From the NCBI GenBank assembly GCA_951406725.2, contig OX597815.1:169942001-170006000 (forward strand): a stretch of DNA of 64,000 nt. Direction: 5' to 3'. The DNA comes from Octopus vulgaris. Its lineage: Eukaryota. The position numbers and the translations under genes were made by a program. Shown piece after piece: positions 56,788 to 64,000 of this stretch. The notes under the pieces were generated by a model. The model saw only the letters and a list, made by a program, of their open reading frames with translations. It made no database searches and was not told where the DNA came from. How positions within the stretch are numbered: the first letter of the stretch is position 1; each line of letters begins with the position of its first letter.

Positions 56788-58559
56788 CTTGGTGTTGATT
56801 TACTGTAAGCAAATAAAACCCATTTCCGAGTCGTCTCTCTTACAGTACATGTTGCTGATGATAGCCAACAAGCTAGAAATGCATTCACAGATTTCACTAG
56901 AGATCACCTAGAAATGACTGTTGGTGCTTTTGAACACCCATTGCTTAAAACGAGAAAGGCTTTCCTCGGCAAATTAGCAGTGAATGCGGCCTTTGTACAG
57001 GTCAAGTATGTCCCAAACACATTTGAACTGACCTCAACGTTCAATTGACAATACTGCTTTCACTTACCAACTACATATAAAAGAAAAATAGAGCGGTTTA
57101 AATATATACATATAAGATACATATGTGATACGAAATAGACCTATAAAAGACTCACTTGTCTCTATTCACAATATACTTTAAGTGGAAGGCTATAACTAAA
57201 TTTGATTGAACTCTCTTTGTTAAGATTTCGTGACAATGGTTATTGAAGCTTACGTCTATCAAATGAAAAAAGACAAAAACAAAAAAACAAACAATTATTC
57301 ATTAATAGTGAGTGTTAATGAACTACTTTTAACAATGTTACCTAAGAAATAACGTTCGTAAAATATTCTTTCTATGTTTTAATATACTATTGTTTATAAC
57401 AATATAGACAATAGTAATAATAACAGTAATAAAAAGTAAAAGAATAACAAAGAACAAAGCAAAACAAAGATCAAAAATAAAAATGAGTCATTGAAGAAGC
57501 CTGTATGTGGTCACCCTAGTAACTAGAAATAGCAGTCTCTGACTACATCCAGAGGGTCTTTTTAAAGCAAAAAAAAGAAAAAATAGAAAACGAAAAGAAG
57601 GGCATATTGAATAGCTTTGGGATAAATATGGTCCAAAACCCCTTTAATCATTAATCTTTTAGACCCTTTTAATCATAAGTCTGTTCAATTATAAATGACC
57701 AGGAGTGAAACAACAGCAGCAGCAGCAAAGACTGTTACAAAAAAACAAAAACAAAAAAAGAAACAGACATTAACGTTAAAACAAAGTAGTTGTAGTAGCA
57801 ACAACAACAATAACAACAATAGAAACAAACCCCACGGCAGCAGCAGCAACTACGCCAGCATGGAGTGGCACATCCTTCTGCACGATCTACTTGAGTCCTG
57901 TTTACTGCTTGTACTTTACTAACCTCGTTAATAACGAGCAGAAGCAAGCACACCAATTCACCTCTCTTTTTGACCCGGACGGAATTCAAGTTTAAAGCGA
58001 GCACTACCACCGCACCGCCACCGCCACCACCACCACCACCACCACCACCACCATCCATCACCACCACCACCGCCGCCACCGCCGCCGCCGCTGCCATCCC
58101 CGACGTTATCAATGATAAGAGATTCTCATTATTATTGTATTTTATGGCATAAAAATTACCATAGTTTACTGTACGCACCCCCAATTTCAGCAGCGCACAC
58201 TCAAATGTAAATAAAAAATTCAAGTGTATTAAAGTTTTTTTGAGAGGCTCAGCTTCGCACTAAGGACCGACGTAGAGCAAATTTTTGAAACAATTCTTTG
58301 TCGCCCTGTTCCCCCCAAAATAAAATAAAATAAAATAAAATAAATAAACAAAATAAAAATAAAAATGAATGTGCGTCATATATGTCATTAAAAAAATATT
58401 ACGGGAACTTTGTTGTTTAGTTTCATATCTTTTCATACGACGGTAAGATAACATATACCTCACGTACGCACACACACACAACACACTGCTCCAGGAGAGA
58501 TTGCAACCCCTAAATCAAAATCAACGCGCAACCTCTGCATCGACATTTGTAATGATTCA

Positions 58560-58990
58560 TCGTTCCAGGTGCATATTACTAAGTTGGCAATTAAATGCAG
58601 ACAGCTGGCCGGATGGAGCTTTAGAACTTTCAGAAAGAGAGAACAGGAAACCATAATGGTCCCCTGGAGAACATTTGTCGTCAGCCGTCCAGACTACAGC
58701 TCCCAATTATGGTTACCACTCTGTAAAATTAATGGCAGAATTCGAAGCAATCCAACGAAGCTACACCAAAATTGTCTCAATGAGATGTGTCAGCTACTGG
58801 AGGAGGCTGAAAAAGTTAAGATTCTACTTCCTGGAACGGAGTCGAGAAAGATATGCACTGATGTATAATATCTGGAAAATTCAGGAAGGATTTATATTAA
58901 ACTTTACCAATGGAAGTTGCCTAATAGTAGAATGGCGCACCACTGCATCGTACCAAAAGTCCCAACATTGCCATCAGGATACGGGACCAT
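58560..58990 (+). pseudogene. CR1/L2-group LINE RT C-terminal relic
   Basis: FVVSRPDYSSQLW and EAIQRSYTKI...SYWRRLKKL...LERSRERY...IWKI, frameshifted. Confidence 0.75.
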
Positions 58991-59109
58991 AAAGCAATAA
59001 CCAATATTATGATGAATGGAGAAAAACTTGGCGACATAGACAACTTTAAAATATCTAGGATCTAGTTTGAGCATGGACAGCAGCTCAGTTTTAAACCAAT
59101 CCCAAACAG

Positions 59110-59340
59110 TACCTTGTTTACATTATTTACATTTGACGGATATTTGTTCTCATCTTGTTTGTTGTTAACACAACGTTTCGGCTGATATACCCTCCAGCCT
59201 TCACCAGGTGTCATGGGGAAATTTCGAACCTGGGTTCTCATTTCTCTTAACTACTACGCCATATGCCCGTGGGCGTAGTGGTTCAGAGAGCGCGGGCTAC
59301 TGGCCCCAAGATTCCTAGTTCGATTCCAGGCAGTGACCTC

Positions 59341-59387
<47 letters not shown>

Positions 59388-59573
59388 CAACAACATCGAA
59401 AAATACCTTAGGAATGATAACGCAGGTTCGAAATTTCACCAAGACACCTGAAGGCTTGGAGGGTATAGCAGCCGAAACGTGTTTACAACAAACAAGATGA
59501 GGACAAATATTCGTCAATTGTAAATAATGTAAATAATGTACATAATTCTTCATCTCTTAAACATAGAACTGTA
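59110..59573 (+). mobile_element. tRNA-headed SINE with PLE-type hammerhead tail and 5' inverted duplication
   Basis: 12-bp TSD AATCCCAAACAG (59098-59109 and 59574-59585); A box TGGGCGTAGTGG, B box GTTCGATTCC 59318-59327; (AAT)n; inverted arms at about 59117-59242 and 59411-59535. Confidence 0.85.
59167..59212 (-). ncRNA. Minimal hammerhead motif with a core substitution
   Basis: GACAC-CTGGTGA-A-GGCTG...CAGCC-GAAAC-GTT-GTGTT; palindromic stem III AACGTT; the plus-strand mirror at about 59443-59483 has small deletions. Confidence 0.65.
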
Positions 59574-59955
59574 AATCCCAAACAGCACAAGACTGTTGAC
59601 TTCGCTCTTTTCATATGAGACTCAGAGCTTCACTCTCACAGCTGACATAGAACGTCAAGAGTGCGACCGTTTAAATACAAGCGTTTGAGAAAGTTGGCAC
59701 AATGGGTCTTTTTCGCAGAGCAGAAGACAAACAACTTTTTAAGGCAGTAAAGAACCAAATATGCCAGAAATATGAACCATTCCCGTGCAACAAACTCGCT
59801 TGGTATAGATATATATCCCAACGAAATTCTCTGTCTAAAGCCATAGTCCGGAGCAAATGGCAGGAGAGCGAAGATGAAAAAGATAAAGAAAACCTTGGTC
59901 TGAAACTATCAGGCAAGGAGGGATCCCAATAACGCGGCTTACTCTGTACGATGAA

Positions 59956-60110
<155 letters not shown>

Positions 60111-61579
60111 GATATGACTAATTATGTATATATGTATGTATGTGCACACAGACATACACAGACATACACACAAGCACGCACTCACATTCACAAACACACA
60201 TGTACATTTATATATATATACGTACCAATATTCTGTTAGCTGTTTCAGCTACTGGCAATTGTCATGCAGTGGTACCTATTATTAGTTTGTATATATTCAC
60301 ACTGCCGTCACATTATGTGGTTCATTTCGGTGAATGAAATGTCGGGAGATTACCACCCTCAAAGCGATGGTAAAAAAAAACAAAAAAACGAAGGTAAATA
60401 ACTACGACGAATTAATAACAAAGTTATTTCCCTTACATGTTACCGTGACTGACGAAAAATCCCACGCATGAAAATGATTTTGCGTATCAAGAAGTACATA
60501 AAAGCTACATAAAAGCTACATGCGCGCGCACAAACACACACACGAGTAATAAACAGTACAATTGTATTTACAAATATATAGAAAAAAGAAAAGTGTTGCT
60601 ACGAATAACTTGAATAACCAGTGATGTGTGTTGAATGGCAAGCTTGACTGTTGGCTGGAACCCAGTTTGGTAATATAGATGTATTTGTAAGAATTCATGT
60701 ACTTGGAACTGTGTATGTATATCTGTCATTGTTCAGTTTTATTTCAAGATTTCTTGCCAATACAGAAAGAACCGGTTTGTACCCTAAATCCAAGGCGCCT
60801 TTATTTGAATTTCACCGTCAACAACAGGATATTTTTGTATGTATGTATGTATGTATGTATGTATGTATGGAGATTTGTATGTTTTGCTTTACGTATGTAT
60901 TCTCAGGCATATAGTTGCATATCTAGACATATAATTTAAATGCTAAATTTCTTGAAAGTTTTACAGATTTTTACAGGTCCAGTGATGGATTGGATCTGTA
61001 GACTTTGAAACAGCTTTCTCCTTTCTGATTGCGACAAGCCTAATTTCTCAAGATTGGCACTTAGGCAGTGTATAATATATTCCCAGGGCTCCAATAATTA
61101 CAGGTATAAACCTAAACTTGAAATCTGGGTATTGTAACTATAAAAATTTCAATAGTTCAGCCCAGGTGCTTTCTCTTTCGCTGATCTTTAGCTTTACGTT
61201 AACATCCGCGAAACAGCTTATTTCCACAAGTGTATGCAGTTTCACTTCTCTATCCCAAATTACTATGTAAAGTATTTTTATGTTTTCGTTCAGTTTTCAA
61301 TTTAGAACACATTTTGACCAGCCACATGGATTTGTAAACTTATTAATGGTCCATCGATATAAACGTATGCACACACGTTCATACGCATACACCAAACAGA
61401 CATCCGCGCGCACACGCACGCACGCACGCGCGCGCACACACACACACATACACACACACATGCGCATCCGCGCGTGTATGTGCGTTTGTGCATCCAATTC
61501 CCTTTAAAATATTTCTCTTTAAAACAACTTCAGGATAACAGTCTAACTTAATTACCACTGTTATTCTAACTAAGAATAT

Positions 61580-61616
<37 letters not shown>

Positions 61617-62004
61617 GTATATATATATATATATAATACATTTTAAATATAACTGCAAAATATTTATTATTTACAAAAATATAAAAAGTGCAAGGAGCAA
61701 AAAGTAAGTGTCAAGGTACATAACTACCGTATGTATTAGTAAAGTTATCTCCCTTAGATCACTTTCTCTGCCCGTTACGGAAAGCCTTCAGTAAACAAAC
61801 TTAAACATGAAATTTCATTACCATTTAAAAATCGAGAAGTACAGATACGTATGCTCATACGTGTCTGTATGTGTCATATTTTGATATATATATATACATT
61901 TTACGTATATATATATAATATTTTGTGTGTTAGTTTTGTGAATCAGCACGGCTGACTTATCATCATCATATATATATGGGTGTGTGAGTGTGTATATATA
62001 TACA

Positions 62005-62035
<31 letters not shown>

Positions 62036-62052
62036 GTATATATATATATACA

Positions 62053-62148
<96 letters not shown>

Positions 62149-62357
62149 TATAAATATCAATAATAATAAATGGTAAAATTTATTAATCAATTAATAATTA
62201 ATAATCTTACCAATTAGATCGGTATGTTAAGAGAACCATTATCGGTAACCTTATGCAAAAATTCTATAATTATAACCATAATGATAATTGTGCTTATAAT
62301 TATAGAATTTTGGTGTATATATACACATATATGCATACACACACATGTTTATGTACA

Positions 62358-63592
62358 TCAGGTCATCCCATAAGATCTGTCCAATTTTACCTTTTCAAAA
62401 ATTGAATGAAATTTAATAGTATTTTAGAATGTCTAATGGAAGTATAAATTATTTTTATGCATTTGTGTACATTTAAACTAATTAAATATTATGTTACAGA
62501 ATAGTAAAATTAAAATTTCTTTGATTAAACCCTTTTTAACATGGTGATGCTTTATGAGTACAAAAAAGGAAACTCTGCAGCCGAAGCGACTCGAAACATG
62601 CACTCAATTTATCGGAAAGAATGCTTGAATGAAAGAACTTGCAGAAGACGGTTTTCAAAATTTATATGCGGAGATTTCAGCCCTGAAGATGGAACAGGAC
62701 GTCCAGTTGAATTTGATGGTAAGCTCCTTGAGGCATTACTTGAAAAAAATCCTGCATTATCAGCTGAAGAATTGGCAATAAAGCTTAGTTCAAACCATAC
62801 AACTGTTCATCGTCATCTTCAACAACTTGGAAAGTGGGTGTCTCGTGAATTGTCCGAAAGCAACCGCAAATCCCAAGTTGTCATCTGCTTTTCTCCCCAT
62901 TCTCGTGAACTCATTTCACCCTTTTTGGATAGACTTGTGACTGGTGACGAAAAATGGATCTTCTATCAAAATGTTAAACGTCGTAAATAGTGGCTTGGTA
63001 AAAGGGAAAAAGCTCAAGCACAACCGAGTAGGGAACTTCATAGAAAAATGTTTTTCTCTCTATCTGGTGGGATTGCAAAGGTGTAATTCACTTTGAATTG
63101 TTACCACCTAATGCAACAATCAATGCTCAAGTCTATTGCAGCAATTAGAGCGTTTGAACCAAGCTTTGAAGAAAAAAAGACCCGCTTTAGTGAATCGAAA
63201 AGGAGTGATGTTTCATCATGACAATGCACGAGCCCACACTGCAAAAATCACATCACAGAAGATCGAAGAGCTTGGTTGGGAAAAAATTCCTCTTCTACCT
63301 TATTCTCCCAATCTTGCTCCTTCAGACTATCCCTTGCTTCGTAGTTTACAGAATCATTTGGGGGACATAACTTTCGCAAACCAGGAAGAGGTCGAAACTG
63401 ACATTTCAGAGTTCTTTGCTTTGAAACCAAAAGAGTTTTACGTTGATGGGATTAAAAAGTTTGTAAAAAGATGGAAGGAAGTCATAGGTAATCAGGGAAA
63501 GTATATTGATGATTAAACGTCAATTAAATATAACATTTGATCACTTGGTTTTCTTTATTCAAAATTCGGACAGAACTTATGGGATGACCTGA
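62358..63592 (+). mobile_element. Near-full-length mariner element, inactive
   Basis: TIRs TCAGGTCATCCCATAAGATCTGTCC and GGACAGAACTTATGGGATGACCTGA; TA on the right, CA on the left. Confidence 0.95.
62541..63516 (+). pseudogene. Mariner DD34D transposase pseudogene
   Basis: VTGDEKW, HHDNARAH, YSPNLAPSDY; stop at 62988-62990 and frameshifts. Confidence 0.9.
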
Positions 63593-64000
63593 TATATATA
63601 TATATACATGTATATATAAAATCTGAAATGTATAGTATTAAATATTCATCACGAGTGTTCTTACCAGTCATTTTGGCGTAAAGAATACAATGCAGTGTTA
63701 GGTAACAATCCGATTATATAACTTTACGCTCATCAGAGTTAGCCGTTATTATAAGGAATATGGTGACTGCTCTCTATTGTTTACCTAACACTCTGTTGTT
63801 ACCTAACACTCCATTATATTCTTTATGCGCAACCGATTGGTAAGATCTCCTACTTGTGTAACATGGTGCAGAGTCCTGTTGCCAGACAGGATCTTGCAGC
63901 AGCAACTCTCTTGACCATGGGTAGCACTACCTCCTCCAGTCGATGAAGGTCTGCCCCCGTCTATCTTATTAATAGTACATACATAAATACATACATACAT

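Larger units (their letters stand above)
59010..59930 (+). pseudogene. RTE-like LINE relic interrupted by the 59110-59573 insertion
   Basis: MNGEKLGDIDNFK/YLGS (frameshifted), IQAFE, KLAWYRYISQRNSLSKAIV. Confidence 0.55.

Noticed and set aside
57735-58223. 162-aa ORF with poly-Ala and poly-Gly
   Set aside because: Driven by trinucleotide repeats; no recognisable domain; kept only as a possible exon
59264-59335. tRNA gene
   Set aside because: A and B boxes are present but there is no convincing cloverleaf or terminator; it is a SINE head
60972-61002. Hairpin TACAGGTCCAGT/ATTGGATCTGTA as a possible miRNA
   Set aside because: Stem is too short and I recognise no mature miRNA sequence
61745-61800. 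Minus-strand CTGAAGG...GAAAGTGATC motif
   Set aside because: Core deviates and stems are weak
62200-62312. AT-rich hairpin and a possible core relic next to (TA)n
   Set aside because: Might be another decayed fold-back, but it is too AT-rich and degenerate to call

Overview
AT-rich, extremely repeat-dense eukaryotic DNA. The SINE and microsatellite make-up resembles a coleoid cephalopod such as Octopus (inference from pattern recognition, not a database result). I can support no intact host protein-coding gene: nearly all ORFs in the track are translations of (TA)n, (CA)n, (TATG)n or (AAT)n. Recognisable content: three abundant tRNA-headed SINE families; four decayed mariner elements; a 5'-truncated R4/Dong-type LINE sitting in (AAT)n; RTE and CR1/L2-like relics; Helentron/HINE-like elements; a hAT MITE; and two Penelope-like (PLE) GIY-YIG relics. 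The most striking signal is a recurring class of short non-coding elements, mostly inserted in (TA)n tracts, that carry type I hammerhead ribozyme motifs. They are built as fold-backs (an inverted copy plus a unique 3' tail), so a hammerhead motif lies on both strands: 10641-10848, 10878-13227, 27507-27990 and 59110-59573. A fifth fold-back (32765-33119) keeps only a broken core. The element at 59110-59573 joins a tRNA-derived Pol III head to a PLE-type hammerhead tail and has a 12-bp target-site duplication, making it a candidate Penelope-mobilised ribozyme SINE. All folds and alignments were done by eye, and coordinates of diverged repeats are approximate.
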